Shown one piece after another: positions 30,490 to 39,370 of a DNA stretch of 50,903 nucleotides; position 1 is the first letter of the stretch; each line of letters starts with the position of its first letter. Source of the DNA: Candidatus Nanopelagicales bacterium (GTDB lineage: Bacteria; Actinomycetota; Actinomycetes; S36-B12); assembly GCA_044240165.1 (NCBI GenBank), contig JBIIAA010000001.1:1-50903 (forward strand), given 5' to 3'. The translations under genes and the position numbers were made by a program. The notes below the pieces were generated by a model. It saw nothing but the letters and a program-made list of their open reading frames with translations, did no database searches and was not told the DNA's origin.

Positions 30490-32013
30490 ATGCCTTCCAA
30501 TGCCGATCGTGCAAATGGTGAAGGTATTGCCTTCCCCGTTGGGGGCGATGGCCGGCGTTCATCCTTAGCCACCGGCCGCGCAATCTTTGCCGACAGCATT
30601 CGAGATTTTGTTCCAGCACTCGCCGCTCAGATCGAACATACCGATGACTGGCGCCACGGATATCTAAAGCCAATTCGTGACTCAGTTTTTGCGATTGCCC
30701 AGCAGCCAGACCAAGTTGTGACCACTGCGCAGGCCGGATTGGATTCAACGCATCGCCGGTTCCGATTCACCCGTCAGGGCACAACCATGAGTTTCAGTGA
30801 GGCTCTGGAAAATTCGACTCCTCCAGCCACCGCGATCGTTCGCGGGCACGCGCCGGGTGAGACCGGCTTCTCTGTTCCATATTTGGGCCAACGACTCTTC
30901 GCCGATGATCTGCGTCGTCAGCTAGATCTCTGGGTCGCTGAAGGCGTCGCCGAACCCGATTTCGCAACTGCGCTGCACTGCGTTTTGGATAACCCTGACT
31001 GGCTAGATCTCAGCGATCTACATATCGCAGTGCTTGGTGCCGGCGCTGAAATGGCGCCAACACGTTCACTCTTGCGTTGGGGCGCCAGCGTGCACGCTGT
31101 TGATTTACCAAATGCCACAACATGGCAAAGACTGATTGGGATAGCCCGTGCGACCTCTGGTTCGTTGCACATCCCGATAGCAGACGGTGAATCAGAAATG
31201 CCTGTAGTGCATCCCGACGAGGATGGCGTTGTTGCAGAACTTGCAGGGATCGATCTCATTCGACAAACTCCTGAAATCCTGCGATGGCTGATGCAGGTCG
31301 AACAACCCCTCACCCTTGGTTCATATGCCTATGCTGACGGAGCGAAACATGTGCAATTGAGTGTCGCCACTGATCTCATCGTGCAACATCTGATCACGAC
31401 AAACCCCGCATTCTCATTGGCTTATCTTGCCACTCCTGCTGATGTTTATCTTGTGCCGAATGCTGCTGTTGAAGAGTCTCGACGACGCTGGAAAGCTCGC
31501 GGCGTGAGTTCGGTATTGCAGGTTCCATTTCGTGCAGTGAAGAAATTCAAACCAAACTATTCAGTCATCACTGCGCATGTTGATGCAGACCACGGCCTTA
31601 ACGATTCACTTATTGAGCAGCAAGGGCCAAACTACGCATTAGCAAAACACATTCAAGGATGGAGAGCGCTCGTTGCCCGAGATGCCGGCATTGCGACTTC
31701 TATCAATATTGCTCCGATGACTCGAACGCAATCGGTGATTAAAAATCGCGCACTCAAAGCTGGTTACAGCGGGGCTGCAAGATTTGGGATCGAAGTGTTT
31801 GATCCTGCTACTTCCACGGCGCTGATGGCTGGGCTTTTAGTGCACGACTTACGGAACCCAGAATCCAAATCACAGCCGACCACAGCACTCGCCCATCCTT
31901 TGGAATTACTTTCCAACAACGCCATTCACGGCGGCTTATGGCGCACGGCTTACGCACCAAGATCCGTGCTGACTTTCGCCGCAATGCTGGGCTTATTCGA
32001 ATCACGGCACTAA
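30490..32013 (+). CDS. Hypothetical 507-aa protein with one Rossmann-like beta-alpha-beta element
   Basis: A long clean ORF 22 nt after the reductase. IAVLGAGAEMAPTRSLLRWGASVHAVD fits GxGxxA(x17-20)D. I recognise no family. Confidence 0.7.
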   Translation: MPSNADRANGEGIAFPVGGDGRRSSLATGRAIFADSIRDFVPALAAQIEHTDDWRHGYLKPIRDSVFAIAQQPDQVVTTAQAGLDSTHRRFRFTRQGTTMSFSEALENSTPPATAIVRGHAPGETGFSVPYLGQRLFADDLRRQLDLWVAEGVAEPDFATALHCVLDNPDWLDLSDLHIAVLGAGAEMAPTRSLLRWGASVHAVDLPNATTWQRLIGIARATSGSLHIPIADGESEMPVVHPDEDGVVAELAGIDLIRQTPEILRWLMQVEQPLTLGSYAYADGAKHVQLSVATDLIVQHLITTNPAFSLAYLATPADVYLVPNAAVEESRRRWKARGVSSVLQVPFRAVKKFKPNYSVITAHVDADHGLNDSLIEQQGPNYALAKHIQGWRALVARDAGIATSINIAPMTRTQSVIKNRALKAGYSGAARFGIEVFDPATSTALMAGLLVHDLRNPESKSQPTTALAHPLELLSNNAIHGGLWRTAYAPRSVLTFAAMLGLFESRH

Positions 32014-32131
32014 TCCCGGACATGCAAAGACCCGTACGGCTGGGGGGCAATCGCACGGGTCTTGCCTGACTATTCTGATGGGTAAGTGAAGATTTGTCAC
32101 GCGTTTGCGTGGTCAAAGATAGAATTACTTC

Positions 32132-33271
32132 ATGAGCGATCAGGATTCAGGCAATGGCGCCAATCTCAAACCTGGTCAAGTCTTACTTCATATCGGTGTT
32201 CACAAGACTGGAACCACCGCAATCCAAGATGCTCTGGCCAACGCACGTCCTGAACTGAGCCAGTGGAATGTGCAATACCCAGGCACTGCTCAAGCCCACC
32301 GAAATGTGGCATCCAGTGCGATGAACCGGCGTCTTGGCTGGCAGGTTGGGGGTGCTCCGGCCCCCGATCCCACGGTGTGGGAAGACTTCGTCCACAGCGC
32401 CCACGCTTTCTCTGGCATCACTGTGTGTTCAAGCGAGTTTTTTGCCGAGTCTGACGATGCGACAGCTGGCCAGATCGTTGAGAAAATTGGCAAGGAAAAC
32501 GTCCATGTCGTCATAACTCTGAGAAATCTCGGAAAGATTCTTCCATCGGCGTGGCAGCAAATTCTGAAGTCTGGCTATACGAATGGGTACGTGCACTGGC
32601 TTGAAAATGTGTTGGTTTCCCCTGAGAAAGAACCAAAATCGGAAGTTTTCTGGACTCGCCATCGTCACGACATCGTGGTTGAGCGCTGGGCCCGTCTTGT
32701 TGGAAGTGACCGCGTGACGGTGGTGGTTGTCGATGATGCCAATCGAGATGGCATCTATCAAGATTTCGAACACTTGCTAGGTCTTCCTAAGGACTCGCTA
32801 CTTAAACAGAGAACACGCAGTCTGAACCGATCGATGACTGCCGCTGAAAGTGAGCTGCTGCGCTCTTTGAACGAAGCTGTCGGAGGAAGCAAGGGTTGGC
32901 GACCATATGGCAATGCAGCGCATGACGGTTTGATCAAAGGAATAGTTGAAGGCCGCACGCCAAGTGCGGAAGAACCAAAACTTCAAACGCCGCAGTGGGC
33001 CTTAGACATTGCAGCCCGCCATGCCGCAACCTACGTTGCCTCGATCAAAGCCAGCGGGGTCAACGTGATCGGTGACGTCGATCTACTCGCCACCCACCTC
33101 AACGGACCATCTGAGGTTCACGACCACGCCATTGACCAGATCGCTATGGAGGCTGCAGTTGCCGCGATCCTTGGAGCCGTCAGCGCTGGCAGATCCACCG
33201 AACAGCCAACGGTCACCACACTTTTTAGAACGAAGGCAGGAAAAATTCGCCGAAGTTTAATCGGCAAATGA
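32132..33271 (+). CDS. Sulfotransferase-like protein
   Basis: LLHIGVHKTGTTAIQ resembles the 5'-PSB loop (PKxGTT). VVITLRNLGKILPSAW resembles the 3'-PB motif (RNPxDxxxS). No signal peptide. Confidence 0.55.
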   Translation: MSDQDSGNGANLKPGQVLLHIGVHKTGTTAIQDALANARPELSQWNVQYPGTAQAHRNVASSAMNRRLGWQVGGAPAPDPTVWEDFVHSAHAFSGITVCSSEFFAESDDATAGQIVEKIGKENVHVVITLRNLGKILPSAWQQILKSGYTNGYVHWLENVLVSPEKEPKSEVFWTRHRHDIVVERWARLVGSDRVTVVVVDDANRDGIYQDFEHLLGLPKDSLLKQRTRSLNRSMTAAESELLRSLNEAVGGSKGWRPYGNAAHDGLIKGIVEGRTPSAEEPKLQTPQWALDIAARHAATYVASIKASGVNVIGDVDLLATHLNGPSEVHDHAIDQIAMEAAVAAILGAVSAGRSTEQPTVTTLFRTKAGKIRRSLIGK

Positions 33272-33438
33272 GACCCAGTGCTGATGCAGAATTCGCTAGT
33301 TGAGGTTCAACTCGGGTGTGCGTTACAGATGTTAAAGAAATGGTTCATTTTTGAAGTTGTTCGCGGTCGTCTGTTGTCTGTGGCCGATTGAGATGGATGC
33401 GCTTCTCGTGGACCGCAAGGTCGAGCCGCTTGTGTCTC

Positions 33439-34170
33439 CTATTTTATCTTGACCAGCCCGTAGGTGTACTGCGGCTTGGCCGGTGCTGCGGCAAGCAAGG
33501 TTAGGCCGGTTTGCGCACCAACCCCTTGGCTGCCCGGGGTTCTGACTCGCCAGGTGTCAGCACAACCGGACGCCACCTTTTGCCAAGAACCCAGCAGTCC
33601 GGCGTTGTCGAGTGCGTAAAGATTGCCCTGACATCCCGGATAGGCGACGGAGACGCTCCCACCCAGTGGGAGGGTGGATGTTCCGGCACCAAGTGCTTGC
33701 CATTGGACGACCTTCGGCGAGGATGCCGGGACTTGACCCGTCGGGGCGAGGGTGAAGTCGGATGTAGGACCAACTGACTTCCAACCCAGACCAAGAGCAA
33801 GGACTCCCCGCGCTACACCAGAGGCCTGGGATCCGCGAATATTGACCGTCCACGCATTTACCGCGAGATAGGGCAGACCCGGAACGTTGCAGTTGGTCGG
33901 GTCCGTGGTCAACCTGGTGTCGGTAGAGACCGACTGCCAAGCGCCTCCCGTATCCATGGCGTACATCGTGATGTCAAGCGACTTGTCTTTCCAGCATGAC
34001 CACACACCGACAGCATCGCCATAGGTGAAGGACTGCTGCCCCGCGACTAAGTCGCGAAAGTGCAACGCCGGGATCGTGCCTGCTTGTGCACCCGCAGCCA
34101 AGGTGCTGATGATTCCCGCTGCCGAAAAAACGATGGCGGTGCGTCGAATGAGATGTCGCATACCGGCCAC
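33439..34170 (-). CDS. Secreted protein of unknown function
   Basis: Signal peptide MRHLIRRTAIVFSAAGIISTLAAGAQA. Two Cys pairs. No recognisable family. Confidence 0.65.
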   Translation of the reverse strand: MAGMRHLIRRTAIVFSAAGIISTLAAGAQAGTIPALHFRDLVAGQQSFTYGDAVGVWSCWKDKSLDITMYAMDTGGAWQSVSTDTRLTTDPTNCNVPGLPYLAVNAWTVNIRGSQASGVARGVLALGLGWKSVGPTSDFTLAPTGQVPASSPKVVQWQALGAGTSTLPLGGSVSVAYPGCQGNLYALDNAGLLGSWQKVASGCADTWRVRTPGSQGVGAQTGLTLLAAAPAKPQYTYGLVKIK

Positions 34171-34270
34171 TGTAGACCCGGCACAGTCAGGATCTCGCTA
34201 GATAGATTTCCACCTGCATCGCAAGGTTAGGCATCGCTCGGCGATGCTGGTACACGACTGTCCCGCCCAT

Positions 34271-34296
34271 GAAAATCAATCCCCTGATCGCGGGGA
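34271..34296 (-). terminator. Terminator of tRNA-Lys
   Basis: On the minus strand, TCCCC-gcgatca-GGGGA is followed by TTGATTTTC, directly after the tRNA 3' end. Confidence 0.55.
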
Positions 34297-34304
34297 ACGT
34301 GAAG

Positions 34305-34379
34305 TGGTGGGACGCCGGGGGCTCGAACCCCGAACCTACGGATTAAAAGTCCGCAGCTCTACCATTGAGCTAGCATCCC
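34305..34379 (-). tRNA. tRNA-Lys (anticodon UUU), CCA encoded
   Basis: The reverse complement folds as acceptor GGGATGC/GCGTCCC, anticodon arm GCGGA-CTTTTAA-TCCGT, and T arm CGGGG-TTCGAGC-CCCCG, then A-CCA. Confidence 0.9.
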
Positions 34380-34595
34380 AAAGAAGAAATCCCCTCAAAT
34401 TCTTGAGGCGACCATATTCTCGAGGTCCAAGGCTATCGGTCTCCTGCTTCACCTGAACGAGCCCATTGCTTCCCGGCCTAAACCACCCGACTTCGCTGAC
34501 TTTTAGCCCAAGATAATTAGTGGTCAACTTCAGTCTGACGCCATTTAACCCTCGCCTCGTTGACTCCCGAGTTCGCGCCTGCCCAAGATGAGTGA

Positions 34596-35525
34596 GTGCC
34601 ACTCCTGACACCTCAACAGACTCGGAGCATGTTCGTGACCACGGAATCTGAAACGAACATCAACGTTCCCCGCCAAGAGCAGGCCTCGCCTACTGGACTT
34701 GAAAGAAGGCGCGGGCTTACGGGCACTCGCGCAAACGGTCATCTAGCTCTGCTTCGCTTTCTGATGACGCGCCCCACATGTGATCGCATTGCTCAATACG
34801 CCGTCGTGAAAATGATGGGTAAATACGGCTGTCGTGCCGCATCAATTAGTCTGTTCGACATATCTGGCGCACTACACGTTGTCGGCACCTACGGGGTGCC
34901 CCATCAAAGTTTGGCGCCCTACGAAAGTCTTTCACTTTGGGACAGTTCTCCAATGAGCGACGCAGTAATCACAGGTGAGCCGGTCATCATGTTGACCGCT
35001 GACGAGGTACGAAGTGCCTATCCATGGCTCGGTCCCCAATCTGATTTACCTTACGAGCCGATGGTGGTCTGGCCGCTGGCTTTGCCGCATGAGACTGTCG
35101 GCGCTGTTCAATTCATCCTGGCTGAGGAGCCTATTGACCTCAACGCGCTCAGGACTCAAGCCACTGTGATTGCTACATCACTAGCCCTGTATTTGAGCCT
35201 GCTTGGCGCAACTGGTTCACTCGACAATCAGCTTGTGTTTCACAACGGCGATAACGAAGAAACGATTCCTCCGGATACCGGTCTGCAATTCCCCCAGGTG
35301 ATTAGTGGTTTTCATCCGAACTCAAAACAGCAGTCATTAACAGCTCGTCAACTCTCTGTTCTCAAACTCATGGGCGAAGGTCACACCAACATAGACATCG
35401 CCGACGAGATTGGTTTCAGTGTTTCAACTGTGCGTCACGAAACGATGGCGCTCTATAGATTCTTTGGTGTCAGTGGACGCGAAGGCGCTGTGCGAGTTGC
35501 AAAAGCGCGAGGAATCCTTCACTAA
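34596..35525 (+). CDS. LuxR/FixJ-type HTH transcription regulator with GAF-like N-terminal domain
   Basis: C-terminus LTARQLSVLKLMGEGHTNIDIADEIGFSVSTVRHETMALYRFFGV is a LuxR-type HTH. The start codon is uncertain (GTG 34596 or downstream). Confidence 0.75.
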   Translation: MPLLTPQQTRSMFVTTESETNINVPRQEQASPTGLERRRGLTGTRANGHLALLRFLMTRPTCDRIAQYAVVKMMGKYGCRAASISLFDISGALHVVGTYGVPHQSLAPYESLSLWDSSPMSDAVITGEPVIMLTADEVRSAYPWLGPQSDLPYEPMVVWPLALPHETVGAVQFILAEEPIDLNALRTQATVIATSLALYLSLLGATGSLDNQLVFHNGDNEETIPPDTGLQFPQVISGFHPNSKQQSLTARQLSVLKLMGEGHTNIDIADEIGFSVSTVRHETMALYRFFGVSGREGAVRVAKARGILH

Positions 35526-35607
35526 CTTCGCGAGCGGAATTGACACATCATGACTGCAGACATGACCGGTATAACCACCCCTATTGTCGTCTAATGCACG
35601 AATTCAC

Positions 35608-35620
35608 GTTGCATTGCAAC
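35608..35620. promoter_or_regulatory. Perfect palindrome GTTGCA-T-TGCAAC upstream of the surface-protein gene
   Basis: Seen directly. It lies 57-69 nt upstream of ATG 35677 and 83 nt downstream of the LuxR gene. Confidence 0.35.
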
Positions 35621-35676
35621 ACTTATCTTTTGCAGAGTTGATGGGTTAGCAATTACTCAACTACAAGGGAGATCTC

Positions 35677-36798
35677 ATGCCCAATGATTTAAATAGTTAC
35701 GACACCCCACATTCGCCGAAGAAAGGCTTTAATCGTAAAGCCGGTATGACGGCAGTGCTGGGGTTTGCATTGGCAACGAGTGCGTTTGCATTCACTGCCA
35801 CTTCGTCGAATGCGGCGACGCCAGCGCCAAGCTCTTCTCCGAGCACTCCATCACCACAAAAGTCAGATCACGATGATCACGATGGTGGCATCACCGCTGC
35901 AGCAAGTTGCAAACAAGTGGATGGCAAGAATGATGGAACGTGGAATATTGTTTGGTCGGTTCAAAATGGCTTGAGCGATCCCGCAAAAGTCACATCTACG
36001 AACGCACCAACGCTGGTTCCGCTGAACACCGCCTTCGCTGCATTTCCGGCTAGCCAAACATTTACCCAAAATGTTGCCACGACTGGAGAGCAGGAACTTC
36101 GTCTGACCCTACGGTCGACGATGGACTCAGATCGCGATCGGGACTACAAGAAAACCGTCGAGGTCAGAGGTAGTTGCCCAATTCCACCTGTACAGACAAC
36201 TACGTTGACGTGCTCAGCTGGTCTGATCGTAAACCTCACCGGCTACCCAGTTCGTGATCGCTGGGAAGATTCCAGAGATTCAGCACGCCAGAACAAGGTG
36301 TCCGTAACAGTGGATGGCACCTTGAAGGTTGATGATCAAGCCTTCGACAGCACCTTTGCGTACTCAACGGGACAGTTGACTCCTATCAACGCATCCCACA
36401 CCGCACGTGTCGTTGTGGAAGCCGTTGATCGCGAGTGGTCCTTCGATCGTCAGCTCTCGATTGATTGCCCAGCTCCTGTGACCAACACCGTCACCGTTCC
36501 TGGTGCAACTACAACAGTCACCGTCCCTGGACCAACCGTCACGGTTTCTGCATCACCTGCACCAACGGTGACTGCAGTTCCAATCTCGATTGTTCCAGCA
36601 CCAGCTACTGCGCCTACCACAGAGCCTGTGGCAGTCACGGTAACTCCAGAAGCAGCAACGGCACCTACATCAGTTAACGCTGGTGGCGGTTCCTCTGCAC
36701 CTGATTCATCTATTCCAGTGTGGGCAATGGGGCTTCTGACCGTTGGTGCACTAGGAGCAGCTGGAGCAGGTTCACGCCTAGCTTCATCTCGCAAGTAG
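35677..36798 (+). CDS. Secreted surface protein with C-terminal hydrophobic anchor and basic tail (putative sortase substrate)
   Basis: AAGGGAG RBS. Signal peptide ...AFAFTATSSNA. Pro/Thr/Val-rich stalk (TVTVPG repeats). C-terminus IPVWAMGLLTVGALGAAGAGSRLASSRK. A sortase gene lies immediately downstream. Confidence 0.8.
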   Translation: MPNDLNSYDTPHSPKKGFNRKAGMTAVLGFALATSAFAFTATSSNAATPAPSSSPSTPSPQKSDHDDHDGGITAAASCKQVDGKNDGTWNIVWSVQNGLSDPAKVTSTNAPTLVPLNTAFAAFPASQTFTQNVATTGEQELRLTLRSTMDSDRDRDYKKTVEVRGSCPIPPVQTTTLTCSAGLIVNLTGYPVRDRWEDSRDSARQNKVSVTVDGTLKVDDQAFDSTFAYSTGQLTPINASHTARVVVEAVDREWSFDRQLSIDCPAPVTNTVTVPGATTTVTVPGPTVTVSASPAPTVTAVPISIVPAPATAPTTEPVAVTVTPEAATAPTSVNAGGGSSAPDSSIPVWAMGLLTVGALGAAGAGSRLASSRK

Positions 36799-36832
36799 TA
36801 ATCAGAATAGAAATCCCTCTAGGAAATACGCA

Positions 36833-37489
36833 ATGAATAAGCGGCCCCGCCCTGCAGTAGTCCTGTTCGGAGTGAGCATCTTGATGCTCATCACCGCAGT
36901 GATTGCAATTGCAGTGGCGGGGTCGTCCATGCGCGGAGAAATTATTGACTCAGTCGGTGATCGCATCGCTGCCGAAACTCGAGCGACTGCTCCGCCCCCT
37001 ACACAGGCATCTACTCTTGCAGCAGTTCGGCTAGCAGTTCCAGTGCGCGTGAAGATTCCGCGCATCGGGGTTGCCGCCCGCATTCTTGCTACCGGCCTTG
37101 ATAAGCAGAAGTCGATGGAAATACCTGAAGACATCAGGAAAGTGGGCTGGTACAAATTAGGTGTGGCACCTGGAAGCTCTCGAGGGTCAGCCGTGCTTGT
37201 GGCCCACAGAGACGGAAGAGTTCAAGGCCGCGGTGCGTTTTACAACATCGGCGCCCTGAGCTTGGGCGATCGAATCTTCGTGACAAACAGTCTTGGTAAG
37301 CAGCTGAAATATAAGGTCGTCGCCCGCGAACGTATTCCGAAAGCTGTACTACCTACGGAAGAACTCTTCGCCGTTGATGGCGCTCCACGCCTGACTCTGA
37401 TTAGTTGTGGTGGTTACTACAACAAGTCACGCGGCGGCTACCAGGACAATGTGGTTGTAACAGCTACACCACTGCCGGGCACGACTTAG
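36833..37489 (+). CDS. Class F-type sortase
   Basis: N-terminal TM anchor, catalytic His (VLVAHRDG), the TLxTC-type Cys motif (LTLISCGG), and Arg near the C-terminus. Confidence 0.8.
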   Translation: MNKRPRPAVVLFGVSILMLITAVIAIAVAGSSMRGEIIDSVGDRIAAETRATAPPPTQASTLAAVRLAVPVRVKIPRIGVAARILATGLDKQKSMEIPEDIRKVGWYKLGVAPGSSRGSAVLVAHRDGRVQGRGAFYNIGALSLGDRIFVTNSLGKQLKYKVVARERIPKAVLPTEELFAVDGAPRLTLISCGGYYNKSRGGYQDNVVVTATPLPGTT

Positions 37490-38225
37490 TCATCACAGTT
37501 ACGCCTTGTTCGTCGCCAGCACCCAAAGCGGTGCGGCTGGTGACGATTGGATACATGATGTTGGCCGCAAGTTCCGCGTGAGACAAGCCCATGATGTGGC
37601 CAAGTTCGTGGAGATACAGGCTCTTGATCTTGTTTGGTGATTTCGCAGCATCAGCTTGTACGTGGTCGGTGCGAAAGACTGCGTTTCCAGCAACGATCTC
37701 TTTGGAAGCAACGTTGACTTTAGAAGGCGCTGCAAAACCGTAAATTGATTTGGACAACATAGACGCCTCGCCAATCTTTAAGAAGGTGAGGTAGACGTGA
37801 CGGTCGCGCACCGCGCTGCCATCAACTGGCGTGAGGGCGTAGTTCGCGTCGTTGTAGTTCACTGCGGTTTCACCGTCGTACTTAAAAGTAAGACCTGATG
37901 CAGCTGACCAACTATCGAAAGCCCAGGTGAGTTGCTTCACGGCTAGCGCTGCTTGAGGTGCAGTGAGCTGCCGCGAATCCACGCTCCAAGTGACAGGGCC
38001 ACCACACTGGCTCCATCCGCCATTAAGCAGCGAAGAGTTCTGATCATGGAAGATCGACTTAAAGTCGGTGGCTGCAGTGCTGCTTGCCGCTTGCGGTGCC
38101 ATAGGCACCCAAGAGTCGCTCTGGGTCGAGTTTGTTACCCCTGCTGCTAGCCCAAGTGATGTGACCGCGAGTACGCCTGCGGCAAGAAATGATCCAACTG
38201 TTTGTACAGTCAATTGAATCCTCAT
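37464..38225 (-). CDS. Secreted matrixin-type (M10) zinc metalloprotease
   Basis: Signal peptide, then HELGHIMGLSH (HExxHxxGxxH) followed by a Met-turn candidate (IMYP). Its 3' end overlaps the sortase 3' end by 26 nt. Confidence 0.8.
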   Translation of the reverse strand: MRIQLTVQTVGSFLAAGVLAVTSLGLAAGVTNSTQSDSWVPMAPQAASSTAATDFKSIFHDQNSSLLNGGWSQCGGPVTWSVDSRQLTAPQAALAVKQLTWAFDSWSAASGLTFKYDGETAVNYNDANYALTPVDGSAVRDRHVYLTFLKIGEASMLSKSIYGFAAPSKVNVASKEIVAGNAVFRTDHVQADAAKSPNKIKSLYLHELGHIMGLSHAELAANIMYPIVTSRTALGAGDEQGVTVMTKSCPAVV

Positions 38226-38465
38226 GACTGGTCAACTCCTTTGTTGTCTCAACAAGAAGTATCCAGACCATTCAATGCACAGTCAAATGACCAATGACCA
38301 ATATTTAGTTGAAATTAACAGTGGTCAAACAGGGATAAACGCGTTGCACAGCAATGGGTATTCTCATGTGATTGCTGCAATATTTGATGCCAAAAGGCCC
38401 CGACAGGATGACCAGTCAAGGCTTAAAAAATGGGGCAAAAGCCGCAATGAGCCGTCGCCGTAGAA

Positions 38466-39368
38466 CTACTCACCGGCAGGCGGTAAGCCTTCCATTTCGC
38501 GCAAAATATTGATGCGCTCGCTCAGGGGTGGATGGGTGTCAAACATCGACTTTGACTTGCCATCCAGAGGGGATTCAATCCAGACGTGAGCAACCGCTGT
38601 GGACTTTTGCTGCACCACTGTGGAGTCTTCGGAAAGCGTCTCTAAAGCCCGACGAAGCCCGTTGGGATTGCGGGTGAACTCAACAGCCGTGGCATCAGCT
38701 AATGACTCACGTTTACGTGAAATGGATGCACGAATGAGGAGGGCGGCAATCGGGGCGAGGAGCAAAATCACGATGGAAACAATTTGTGCAATGGGATTAT
38801 TGTTGTTGTTGTTCCGCCCACCAAAAAAAGCCATCCGGGCGCCCATGTCAGCTAGGATCGCAAGCAGCCCTGCGGTAGTGGCCGCAACAGCCATCACCAA
38901 GGTGTCTCGGTTACCCACATGAGCCATCTCGTGGGCCGCGATACCTTGGAGTTGTTCGCGATCCATGACCCTCAAAATGCCTGTTGTAAAGGCGATCACG
39001 GCATGTTCTGGGTCACGACCTGTTGCGAAGGCATTTGGGGCTGGGTCATCCACGATCGCGACCTTGGGCATCGGTAAACCTGCAGCCATGGTCACTTCTT
39101 CGACGATGTTGTAGAGCTGAGGCGCGTCCTCGTGCTGAACCACTTTTGCATGCGTCATCGCCAACACCAAGGTGTCGGACTTCCAATACGAAGTCCATAC
39201 CCCAATGAGTGAAATGCCAACAGCGATTGGCACCAGCAAGTAAGCCTGGAAGTTCAAAATGGTGCCGATAGCCCAAATCATCAACACCAGAGCAACGAAC
39301 ATCGTGCCGAGCAGGAACCAAGTTTTACGTTGGTTCGACTTCTGCTGGGCTCTGAAGGAGACCGCCAT
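38466..39368 (-). CDS. htpX: M48-family membrane protease HtpX
   Basis: Four TM helices and the HEMAHV zinc motif. It sits 2 nt after lemA. Confidence 0.9.
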   Translation of the reverse strand: MAVSFRAQQKSNQRKTWFLLGTMFVALVLMIWAIGTILNFQAYLLVPIAVGISLIGVWTSYWKSDTLVLAMTHAKVVQHEDAPQLYNIVEEVTMAAGLPMPKVAIVDDPAPNAFATGRDPEHAVIAFTTGILRVMDREQLQGIAAHEMAHVGNRDTLVMAVAATTAGLLAILADMGARMAFFGGRNNNNNNPIAQIVSIVILLLAPIAALLIRASISRKRESLADATAVEFTRNPNGLRRALETLSEDSTVVQQKSTAVAHVWIESPLDGKSKSMFDTHPPLSERINILREMEGLPPAGE

Positions 39369-39370
39369 CG

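Noticed and set aside
33272-34595. tRNA-Lys as an integration site for the surrounding accessory genes
   Set aside because: By eye I found no direct repeat of the tRNA-Lys 3' end on either side and no integrase. This cannot be excluded without a computed repeat search, so it is not claimed.
38224-38463. 79-aa ORF in the matrixin/htpX spacer
   Set aside because: It has no RBS and a low-complexity, non-protein-like sequence, and it occupies an AT-richer promoter/terminator spacer.
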